From assembly GCA_021163295.1 (NCBI GenBank), contig JAGGXD010000023.1:12370-76369 (forward strand): DNA of 64,000 bases, given 5' to 3'. The notes beneath the pieces were generated by a model that was given only the letters and a program-made list of their open reading frames with translations, searched no databases and was not told the origin of the DNA. Both the position numbers and the translations under genes were made by a program. Within the stretch, counting starts at the first letter, position 1. Each line of letters begins with the position of its first letter. This document shows positions 29,455-37,677 of this stretch, piece by piece. Origin of the DNA: Bacteroidales bacterium (lineage in GTDB: Bacteria; Bacteroidota; Bacteroidia; Bacteroidales; VadinHA17).

Positions 29455-30029
29455 ATTGCATCTTGATTATATTTTTTCTTTGAACCAAAAGTCATTTTTT
29501 CACCAAACAAATTGACTGTTCCTTTTGGTGCTACTTCTAACATCACATCGTTTTGGCTTTTGATTATTAGCTGTTTAGATGTATTTTTCGTTCTTGTAAT
29601 ATGGTTTAGGTCAATTCCAAACTTTTTAAGTTCTTCACCGATAAGCTTTGTTCTGTGACATTCTTCCGGCTTACTTTCGCTACACATTATAGCAACTTTA
29701 ATTTTTTTGTTATTTGCAGCAATTAACCTTTGTAAACCATTTTTGAAAAATTCTTTCTCTTTTATTATTTCGTAATCAACATGTCCATTTGTATAACAAG
29801 TTTGGTCATCAGGTAATCCACCTAAAACATCACCCATAAAAGCGTATGCTATTTTCTTTTCTAATAAAGAAATTTTTAAGGAATTCTGGTTGAAATGAGG
29901 ACTGTATTTTGAATATGGTTTTGACCTGATATCAATTAGATAATTAATATCAAAATGTCTTAATTCTTCAATAAAAATCTCAATGTTCTTATTTCCGTGT
30001 CCTATGGAATATATTGTTGACTTTTCCAT
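29451..30029 (-). CDS. DUF488 domain protein (classic subtype)
   Basis: STIYSIGHGN...LIDIRSKPYSKYSPHFN...AIMCSESKPEECHRTKL. I prefer the ATG at 30029 (MEKSTIYSIGHG); the tracked start is 30044. Its stop overlaps the next gene's start (ATGA). Confidence 0.8.
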   Translation of the reverse strand: MEKSTIYSIGHGNKNIEIFIEELRHFDINYLIDIRSKPYSKYSPHFNQNSLKISLLEKKIAYAFMGDVLGGLPDDQTCYTNGHVDYEIIKEKEFFKNGLQRLIAANNKKIKVAIMCSESKPEECHRTKLIGEELKKFGIDLNHITRTKNTSKQLIIKSQNDVMLEVAPKGTVNLFGEKMTFGSKKKYNQDAI

Positions 30030-30160
30030 ATTACAAATATACATATTTCACACTGAAATTCTTGTTTGTGGCTATTAAGTTGTCAAGATAAAATAAATAA
30101 AAGGGAAATAATAAAAACGATCCTGCTAAACTTAATAATATGGTTCTTTACCCAGGTTGA

Positions 30161-30421
30161 TTATTTATACTTAGTCAAATTGTATCTGTCAGCCAGTTTT
30201 ATTCTTTCATTATCAGGAAGAGATTTAATATAAGCTTTCCAACCGGGACACCAGGTAGCATGCCATCTCCATAACCAACCTAAAAATGATTTTGGATTAT
30301 TATCATATTTTGCACGAAAACCGCAATTCTCACAATTGTTATTTTCCATACCGATTCCTCCATGTATTAATTTTTGTTCTTCAGGGTAATGCATAGTTAT
30401 TCCATTTTTTCCATTTATCAA
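30161..30421 (-). CDS. small Cys/Trp-rich protein, unknown function
   Basis: CENCGFRAKYDNNPKSFLGWLWRWHATWCPGWKAY. The real start may be the internal ATG at 30349 (MENNNCENCG). Confidence 0.5.
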   Translation of the reverse strand: MINGKNGITMHYPEEQKLIHGGIGMENNNCENCGFRAKYDNNPKSFLGWLWRWHATWCPGWKAYIKSLPDNERIKLADRYNLTKYK

Positions 30422-30471
30422 TTCATTTCCGGATAAACCAAAATTAATAATTATCTTTAAAAAAAAATACT

Positions 30472-31248
30472 ATGTCTAAATCAAAAATTAATTTTATAAT
30501 TGATTCTGTAATGTTTCTCTGCATGTCAGCTATTGCAGGAATAGGGTTTTTAATGAAAATAGTACTAATTCCCGGAGAGGACAGATGGATTAAGTATGGT
30601 AAAAATGTTGAACTTTATGTTCTTAATATGGACCGGCATCAATGGGGCACTATTCATCTTGTTATTGCTTTAGTTTTATTGGGACTTCTATTGCTGCATA
30701 TTATATTACACTGGAAGTTGATAGTAAGTTTATTTAGTAAGCTAATCAATAATAAATTAACACGTAAACTAATTACAATAGTTTTCGTTTTTATCATTGC
30801 CTTTCTTTTTCTCTTTGCTTTCTTAATAAAACCTGAAATGGGTGAAATTATACGAGGACAAGGTCGACAGGTAACAGATGAAAAAAATATTTCAGAAACA
30901 GAAATAACGGATATACGTGATGATAAACCTATTATTAAAGATGACAATATCATAATAGAAGAAATTGATGATAAAAAAGAGGTAGTAAAAGATAATACAA
31001 AAGGCACATTACAAGATGCTGAAGAATCCCATGAAAGGCATAATCGTTCTGACAGGGAAATTGAGATCAGAGGTTATATGACCATCGGGGAAGTATCTTT
31101 AGCCAATGATGTTCCATCAAATTATATTAAGAAGAAACTTAATATCCCGGAAACTGTTTCGGATAATCAAAATCTTGGATCATTAAGGAGAGAATATGGT
31201 TTTAGAATGAGTGATATTGAGAAAATAATTAATGAGTATAAAAAGTAG
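30472..31248 (+). CDS. DUF4405-like membrane protein with a charged linker and a small C-terminal domain
   Basis: HQWGTIHLVIALVLLGLLLLHIILHW resembles the conserved-His TM pattern of DUF4405. Confidence 0.5.
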   Translation: MSKSKINFIIDSVMFLCMSAIAGIGFLMKIVLIPGEDRWIKYGKNVELYVLNMDRHQWGTIHLVIALVLLGLLLLHIILHWKLIVSLFSKLINNKLTRKLITIVFVFIIAFLFLFAFLIKPEMGEIIRGQGRQVTDEKNISETEITDIRDDKPIIKDDNIIIEEIDDKKEVVKDNTKGTLQDAEESHERHNRSDREIEIRGYMTIGEVSLANDVPSNYIKKKLNIPETVSDNQNLGSLRREYGFRMSDIEKIINEYKK

Positions 31249-31253
31249 TTAAA

Positions 31254-31281
31254 GGGTTACGGGTTACGGGTTACGCGTTCA
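31254..31281. repeat. tandem heptamer tract (GGGTTAC)x3 then GCGTTCA
   Basis: Read directly between convergent genes, overlapping the stop codon of 31271..32341. A related TGGGTTACGGGTT occurs at 2184..2196. Confidence 0.9.
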
Positions 31282-32341
31282 CGGTCCATTTCACTTTTAA
31301 CTCTATCCCCCTCCCCTCCCGGTTACTCTTTATTGCCATCCCTATAATTCTGATAACATTCAGAGCTTCACCAGGTTTGACCGCCAACTCCTCATCTCTC
31401 ATAATTGCTTTATATACATTATTATAAAACTTGTTATAATTCCCCGGCAGGGTTTTAATTTTTTCCCTTATATCTTTGCCATTAATAGATGTATTAAGCA
31501 ATCCCCAAAAATCCGCCTTTTCTTTTACCCACTTTTCACCAACGGGCAGAACCCCTTTATTCAACAGTTCCTCCTGCGGATCGGCACCATATTTCACAAA
31601 CGATCCGTTTGTTCCATTTAAAATATATCTGGGTCCCGGTTCGCGAACTAAATACGAAGACTTTAATATCACCCTGAAATTCGGGTATTCAAACCGAATA
31701 TCAAAATAATCATTTACCTTCCCTCCATCGCGAAATGTACGAATGTTTGCATTAACCAGTTCAGGTAATCCAAACAGGACAAGTGCCTGATCAATTAAAT
31801 GCGAACCCAGGTTATATAATACTCCTGTACCTTTTTCTTCTTCTTCCTTCCAGGTATTATCTTTGATGAAATTTCTGTACCTGTCGAAATGAGCTTCATA
31901 CTCTACCAATCTGCCTAACAAACCATCTTTAATAACTTTTTTCACTGTTAAAAAATCATCATCCCACCTGCGGTTTTGAAAAACACTAAGTACAAGATTT
32001 TTTTCTTCAGCAATTTTAATAAGCTCCTCTCCATCCGAAGTTTTAACAACAAACGGCTTCTCAACAACAACATGTTTACCTGCATTCAAAGCTTTTTTTG
32101 CTAATTCGTAATGTGTATGATCCGGAGTATTTACAACAATTAAATCAATATTTTTGTCTGATAGAAGCTCCTCGTAGTTTGAAACAATATTCACCGCCGG
32201 ATACTTTTTTTTCGACCCTTTTGGTGTTCTTTCCAAAACTGTTTTAAGAATATAATCCGAATTTGCCTCCAGAAAGGGCGCATGAAAAACCCTGCCTGAC
32301 ATTCCATATGAAGCCAGACCTGCTCGTATCTTGTCTTTCAT
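31271..32341 (-). CDS. cytoplasmic Gfo/Idh/MocA family oxidoreductase
   Basis: Rossmann N-terminus (IRAGLASYGMSGRVFH) and EKP motif (VVVEKPF). Confidence 0.85.
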   Translation of the reverse strand: MKDKIRAGLASYGMSGRVFHAPFLEANSDYILKTVLERTPKGSKKKYPAVNIVSNYEELLSDKNIDLIVVNTPDHTHYELAKKALNAGKHVVVEKPFVVKTSDGEELIKIAEEKNLVLSVFQNRRWDDDFLTVKKVIKDGLLGRLVEYEAHFDRYRNFIKDNTWKEEEEKGTGVLYNLGSHLIDQALVLFGLPELVNANIRTFRDGGKVNDYFDIRFEYPNFRVILKSSYLVREPGPRYILNGTNGSFVKYGADPQEELLNKGVLPVGEKWVKEKADFWGLLNTSINGKDIREKIKTLPGNYNKFYNNVYKAIMRDEELAVKPGEALNVIRIIGMAIKSNREGRGIELKVKWTVNA

Positions 32342-32378
32342 AGATTTTATCTGTTTTTATATTTGAAAATTAATAAAA

Positions 32379-32413
32379 AATCAGTCAGCAGTCCACAATC
32401 CACAGTCGGCAAA
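32379..32413 (+). repeat. dispersed intergenic element copy b (AATCAGTCAGCAGTCCACAATCCACAGTCGGCAAA)
   Basis: Heptamer-phased CAGTCAG CAGTCCA CAATCCA CAGTCGG. An inverted partner TTTGCCGACTG lies at 32510..32520 and CTGCCGACT at 32825..32833. Confidence 0.8.
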
Positions 32414-32664
32414 AAAAAGAACAATCAAACAATTATAACACAATGGCAACTAAATTTGGAAACTTAACTATATATATGTACTAAAAGTATAAATAAACCC
32501 GGTCTTCAATTTGCCGACTGCCAATGAACAACAAATTGCTCACTTATAGGCATATTTTTTCTACTCAGTTCCTTTATAGTGAACAAATTTAATTAAAATT
32601 TATCTTTTCGTAACTATCCCGTGTTTAGTAAATACGAAACTAAAAAAACAGACTAAGTTCTATT

Positions 32665-32846
32665 GGTGTAACTAATAAAAGACCCCGGAGGGTGTCTAAT
32701 TCAGATAGCCACAGTAACGTCTGTGGTTATAGCGTAACAATCCAAAATCCAACCCCGGAGGGTGTTGAATTCTGGTAATGTTCATTGTTTTTTAAAAGTA
32801 ATCACCGGAGATGTTACTTGGGATCTGCCGACTAATTAGTTACACC
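32665..32846 (+). other. inverted-repeat-bounded ~180-nt element (candidate structured RNA or MITE-like insertion)
   Basis: 12-nt perfect inverted repeat GGTGTAACTAAT (32665..32676) / ATTAGTTACACC (32835..32846). It encloses two CCCCGGAGGGTGT direct repeats (32683, 32753), the hairpin CCACAG-TAACGT-CTGTGG (32709..32726), and a hairpin presenting CACCGGAG. Confidence 0.5.
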
Positions 32847-32902
32847 TTTTTAGTTACTTTATTAAGCTATGTTCTTATCTTGCATCCTGAAAAAAATAAT
32901 TA

Positions 32903-33466
32903 ATGCTTCGTCAATATTTAAACATACTTGAAGTTTCCGGGAATTCAGGAATTCTTGAAATTAAAAGGGCTTTTAGAAAAAAAGCGAAAAAGTTTCATCC
33001 TGATCTGAATAAGGATTCCGGAGCACAGGAAAATTTTATTCTTGTGAATGAAGCATATGAGTTTTTGATGAAACACTATAACCAACCCGGATTCAAGTCG
33101 AAAAAAACCACAGAAGAAAGACATCGTGACTGGGTTGAAAAAGAAAAAGAAAAAGCGAGGAAATATGCTGCGTACCAGGCACAGAAACAGTTTGAGAAAT
33201 ATAAAAATTCAAAACTATACAAAACTGCAAATCTGCTTTATTCAATTTACGACTATTTTGCGCTGGTTATTGGTTTATTTATAATTTTTGCTGCAATACT
33301 TGGATTGCATCTTCAGAAAGATTTTGAAGAAGGCTATACTTTAAGTTCTGTTATTGCCGGTGTTTCCCTGATAATGATAGGAGGATTATTTATTTTTTTT
33401 TCCATAATGAGTATTCGAAGCAGAAAAAAGGAATTTAAAAAACGCCGTAAATTCTATTCCAGATAA
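32903..33466 (+). CDS. J-domain (DnaJ-like) membrane protein
   Basis: LEIKRAFRKKAKKFHPDLNKD (HPD motif) plus two C-terminal TM helices. Confidence 0.8.
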   Translation: MLRQYLNILEVSGNSGILEIKRAFRKKAKKFHPDLNKDSGAQENFILVNEAYEFLMKHYNQPGFKSKKTTEERHRDWVEKEKEKARKYAAYQAQKQFEKYKNSKLYKTANLLYSIYDYFALVIGLFIIFAAILGLHLQKDFEEGYTLSSVIAGVSLIMIGGLFIFFSIMSIRSRKKEFKKRRKFYSR

Positions 33467-33605
33467 TATTTATGAATAAATTTGAATTTTATATACTCCT
33501 TTTTCGACTTCTTAATAAAAAACAGTAATTTTAGTACTGCTTATTACGCTATTTTTTATCATGAATAATAACAAGTAGTAATAATTATTCTAATCAAATA
33601 CAATA

Positions 33606-34133
33606 ATGAAAGAAAATGAAATTAGATTGATAAAAAAGCAGATAGAAAAACTTGATAATAAAGACTTTGATCTGGAAGCATGGAAAATATCCACTATTCT
33701 GATCCTTGAAAGAATTTATGGATACGATTCATCAAAAATCACTGAAATCAAGAATATCCATCAGGATCATAGCAGCTGGTCATTGCGTGATACCCTGGGA
33801 ACTTCAAGCGGCTATGATGCATCAAAAAAATACGGAAAAGAGATTCTTGAAGCATGTATTATGGAACTCGAAACATTAGGATTACCCAATAGTATAAAGG
33901 AAAGTACTAAACCCGAATCTCTACCATTTGAGGTATTATTGGAAAGCCTTGAGAATGAACTGAAGGTATCTCAATTCAATAATTTGAAAAAGATCAGCAA
34001 AATAAAAGATAAACAGGAAAGAGAAAATAAGCTAACAAATTTTTTTTCAGATATGGATAGCGAAATCATCCTCCGGATATTAGTAAATATTCTGAGTCAC
34101 AAAAAAGTTGTTGGGATAATGCACACACAGTAG
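33606..34133 (+). CDS. hypothetical soluble protein
   Basis: 175-aa clean ORF. No family recognised. Confidence 0.55.
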   Translation: MKENEIRLIKKQIEKLDNKDFDLEAWKISTILILERIYGYDSSKITEIKNIHQDHSSWSLRDTLGTSSGYDASKKYGKEILEACIMELETLGLPNSIKESTKPESLPFEVLLESLENELKVSQFNNLKKISKIKDKQERENKLTNFFSDMDSEIILRILVNILSHKKVVGIMHTQ

Positions 34134-34152
34134 CTATATTTCGGTATTCAGA

Positions 34153-34869
34153 TTATTCTTCACGACGTTTATGCAATCCACATTCCTTTTTCTCAGGTTC
34201 TTCCCACCACCATCTGCCCGCTCTCACATCCTCTCCAGGTTTTATAGCTCTTGTACATGGCTGACATGAGATACTCGGGTATCCATTATCATGCAATTGG
34301 TTATAAGGGATACTATACTTTTTTATATATTCCCAAACCTGCTCTTCTGTCCATTTATAAACCGGATTTATTTTGATAATATTGTTCTGGTCATCCCATT
34401 CCACAACTTGTGTTGCATAACGTGAAACCGACTGGTTTCTACGTATTCCACAAATCCATGCATCAACACCTGAAAAAGCTCTTTTTGAAGGTTCAACTTT
34501 CCTGATATTACAGCAAAGCTCCCTTTTCTCAACACTATCATAAAACAAGTTTATCCCAAATTCATTAACCATCTTTTCTACTTTTTCTGCATCAGGGAAA
34601 AAAACATTTATCGTAACAGGATAGGTCTTCATGGTTTTACTGATTAAACTATATGTTTCAGTAAATAACCTTCCCGTATCGAGAGTAAAAATAAACGTAT
34701 CGGGATCGATATCAGCAATCATTTTGGTTAATACCTGGTCTTCTGCACCCAAACTTGTACCAAATGCCGTTTTACCGTCAAAATCATTCAGAAAGTATTC
34801 AATTACTTCCCTGGGTGAAGAGTTCCGGAATCTGGCATTTAACTCATCAACCATTTTGTTGCCTGTCAT
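34153..34869 (-). CDS. cysH: phosphoadenylyl-sulfate (PAPS/APS) reductase
   Basis: PAPS-reductase fold (FGTSLGAEDQVL) and the C-terminal ECGLH motif. Confidence 0.85.
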   Translation of the reverse strand: MTGNKMVDELNARFRNSSPREVIEYFLNDFDGKTAFGTSLGAEDQVLTKMIADIDPDTFIFTLDTGRLFTETYSLISKTMKTYPVTINVFFPDAEKVEKMVNEFGINLFYDSVEKRELCCNIRKVEPSKRAFSGVDAWICGIRRNQSVSRYATQVVEWDDQNNIIKINPVYKWTEEQVWEYIKKYSIPYNQLHDNGYPSISCQPCTRAIKPGEDVRAGRWWWEEPEKKECGLHKRREE

Positions 34870-34970
34870 ATCCTTTTTTTTAACGCATAAAAATACAATC
34901 TTTTTACCGGCAAATTGAAATAATCTGAAAATTTATTTTAAACCAAAAATTGCAACTAGTCACTTCTTCT

Positions 34971-34994
34971 CACCTCATCACCTCATCACCTCAT
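34971..34994. repeat. tandem octamer tract (CACCTCAT)x3
   Basis: Read directly in a divergent intergenic region. Same unit, rotated, as the tract at 55845. Confidence 0.9.
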
Positions 34995-35086
34995 TCCAAA
35001 CTTTTTATACAGAGCACAATCGAAGTAAAGACACTGAATAGTAAAAAATAAAGTCAAAATATTGTATTTTAATTCGTTGAATTATA

Positions 35087-35094
35087 TATTTTTG
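35087..35094 (+). promoter_or_regulatory. candidate -7 box TATTTTTG
   Basis: Matches TAnnTTTG. Lies 33 nt upstream of the ATG at 35127, with a TTG at 35077..35079, 7 nt upstream of the box. Confidence 0.4.
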
Positions 35095-35126
35095 AAGTCA
35101 TGTTCTAATAAAAACCGGAAATTAAT

Positions 35127-35825
35127 ATGGGTACAATAAACACAGTAGAATTTTTTTCACGAAATATAATCATCCCCATTTTATATGTTTTATTTTCATC
35201 GCTTGCTTTGTTTTTAATAATTCATATTAACAAGAAAAGTGAAAAAGCGAAAAATGTCCGTCCGGTAATATTAATCAGACTTTGTGGTATAATTTTATTT
35301 GGAATAATACCTGTTTCATTTCTTTGGATACTCCCCGGCTATACAATATCTCAGCTTGGCATAAATATGGACAAGTTTGCCGGTTCATTAATATGGATTG
35401 TAATCCTGGGAGTGCTTCTGGTTTCTATGAATTTCTTTCTTATCCGCAACCCGAAAAGTTTAAGAAACTATCCTCAGATACAAAAGGAATCATGGAATTT
35501 TAATCTTGTCCTGATCAATACCCTGAGCTGGGCAGGTTATCTTTTTGCTTATGAATTCATGTTCAGGGGATTACTGCTATTCCCACTCGTAAATCATTTA
35601 GGAGTTGTAGCAGCAATAATAATTAACACAATTCTTTATTCAGCCACTCATTTTTATAAAGGCATACAGGAGGTAATCGGAGCAATCCCCCTTGGTATTG
35701 TTTTGTGCTTACTCACAATTGAATACGGGAATATCTGGATTGCTTTTTTTGCTCATTTGTGTCTGGCACTTTCTTGCGAATATTTTGCTTTATTCAGACA
35801 GCAAAAAACTGGTAATTTGTTGTAG
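35127..35825 (+). CDS. CPBP family intramembrane glutamic endopeptidase
   Basis: YEFMFRGLL (EExxxR-type motif), SATHFYKG and FFAHLCLA motifs in a polytopic protein. Confidence 0.75.
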   Translation: MGTINTVEFFSRNIIIPILYVLFSSLALFLIIHINKKSEKAKNVRPVILIRLCGIILFGIIPVSFLWILPGYTISQLGINMDKFAGSLIWIVILGVLLVSMNFFLIRNPKSLRNYPQIQKESWNFNLVLINTLSWAGYLFAYEFMFRGLLLFPLVNHLGVVAAIIINTILYSATHFYKGIQEVIGAIPLGIVLCLLTIEYGNIWIAFFAHLCLALSCEYFALFRQQKTGNLL

Positions 35826-35842
35826 AAACCTAACGATAATTA

Positions 35843-36823
35843 ATGAAAATATATATTACAGGAGCAACAGGATTTATTGGTTCAAATCTTACAAAAAGGC
35901 TGATTGAAGAAGGAAATACTGTGCATGCTTTAATCAGGAACCCGGAAAAATCAAAAAAAATAAATTTCGAAAATGTTTTTTTTAAAGATGGTAATCTTCT
36001 GGATACAAATTCACTTTACCAGGGGATGAAAGGTTGTGAAGAAGTATATCACCTGGCTGCATTTGCAAGACCATGGGCAAAACAACAGGACACTTATTAT
36101 AAAATTAATGTTCAGGGTACTCTAAATGTTCTTATAGCTGCAATAAAAGCAGATGTAAGGAAAGTTGTAATTACCTCAACTGCAGGAGTGTTAGGACCTT
36201 CCGGAAAAGATCTTGTTACAGAAAATTCAGGCAGTAACAATATCCCTTTTACCGAGTATGAAAAAACAAAGATATTAATGGAAGAAAAGGTCTGGCAATT
36301 ACCGAAAAAACAGACTCAGGTAGTAATTGTTCTTCCTTCAAGGCTATATGGTCCGGGTGAGCTTACAGTAAGTAACAGTGTCACTAAATTAATAAAACTT
36401 TATAGTAAAGGATTATGGCGTCTGATACCCGGTAATGGGCAGAGCATTGGCAACTATGTATTTATTGACGATGTGTTAGACGGATTAATTCTGGCAATGA
36501 AGAAAGGAAAATCCGGAGAGAGATATATTATCGGAGGTCAAAATTTATCTTATAATGAATTTTTTAAAACTCTTGGTAAAGTACTTGGAAAAAACAGGTT
36601 TCTGATTAAAATCCCTTTGAAAATAATAATGTTTATTTCAAGAATTCAGCTATATTTAGCTGAGCTTACCGGTAAACCACCGGTAATTACACCGGTCTGG
36701 GTAAAAAAATACTATCATTCGTGGGCTATTTCAAGCAATAAAGCAAAAAATGAGTTGGGGTATCAGATAACACCATTACCTGAAGGCATTAATAAAACCC
36801 TCGAATGGTTAAAAGATGTGTAA
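35843..36823 (+). CDS. NAD-dependent epimerase/dehydratase family protein (extended SDR)
   Basis: ITGATGFIGSNL Rossmann motif and YEKTK catalytic motif. Confidence 0.8.
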   Translation: MKIYITGATGFIGSNLTKRLIEEGNTVHALIRNPEKSKKINFENVFFKDGNLLDTNSLYQGMKGCEEVYHLAAFARPWAKQQDTYYKINVQGTLNVLIAAIKADVRKVVITSTAGVLGPSGKDLVTENSGSNNIPFTEYEKTKILMEEKVWQLPKKQTQVVIVLPSRLYGPGELTVSNSVTKLIKLYSKGLWRLIPGNGQSIGNYVFIDDVLDGLILAMKKGKSGERYIIGGQNLSYNEFFKTLGKVLGKNRFLIKIPLKIIMFISRIQLYLAELTGKPPVITPVWVKKYYHSWAISSNKAKNELGYQITPLPEGINKTLEWLKDV

Positions 36824-36839
36824 CTTGGGAAGGTAAGTA

Positions 36840-37631
36840 ATGGAAAATAATTACTACGTATTAATTACCGGGGCAAGCAAAGGAATTGGTAAAGCACTTG
36901 CAATCGAGTGTGCCAAAAATGGCATGAATCTGGCACTTATCTCACTTCCGGATGAAAATCTTGAAGAATTATCAACTGAACTTACCGAAAAATATAAAAT
37001 TAAATCAAGTTATAAAACCATCAATCTTACAGATAGTAAAGCACCGGAAATAATTCATAACTGGTGTATTGAGAACAAATTAAAGGTAAATACACTAATT
37101 AATAATGCAGGTTTTGGCTGTGTTGGGCGTTTTGAAAATCAATCTTCCGGGTTCTACATGCAAATGATCGATCTCAATGTAAGTTCAGTAGTGTTATTAA
37201 CCCGGTTATTCCTTCCTGACCTGAAAAAAAATTCTCCATCCCATATCCTTAACCTGGGAAGCATTGCATCATTCTACCCAATGCCTTATAAAACAGTGTA
37301 TTCTGCAACTAAAATCTTTGTCTTTTCCTTTTCCAGAGCACTACGTGAAGAATTACTGCCATTTAACATTAATGTCAGTATTTTGTGTCCCGGTCCGGTA
37401 ATTACAAATTCTGAGGTAATTACAAGAACACTTCAGCAGGGGAAAATTGGAAAATGGTCAGCTTTACCACCAAAAAGGGTTGCAGCTATCGCTATTAAAA
37501 GGATGCTTCGTAAAAAGTTTATTATTATTCCTGGGTTTTTAAGCAAAGTAAGTTTTTATGCAGAAAAGATTGTTCCAATGTCTATAAAACAAAAACTCAC
37601 AGCCCGGATATTTATAAAATCCAGCAGATGA
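36840..37631 (+). CDS. classical SDR family oxidoreductase
   Basis: ITGASKGIGKALA, NNAG and YSATK motifs. Confidence 0.85.
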   Translation: MENNYYVLITGASKGIGKALAIECAKNGMNLALISLPDENLEELSTELTEKYKIKSSYKTINLTDSKAPEIIHNWCIENKLKVNTLINNAGFGCVGRFENQSSGFYMQMIDLNVSSVVLLTRLFLPDLKKNSPSHILNLGSIASFYPMPYKTVYSATKIFVFSFSRALREELLPFNINVSILCPGPVITNSEVITRTLQQGKIGKWSALPPKRVAAIAIKRMLRKKFIIIPGFLSKVSFYAEKIVPMSIKQKLTARIFIKSSR

Positions 37632-37677
37632 ACATGATTTCATCTTTCAGATAAAAAATTTCAAATACAAAAAAACT

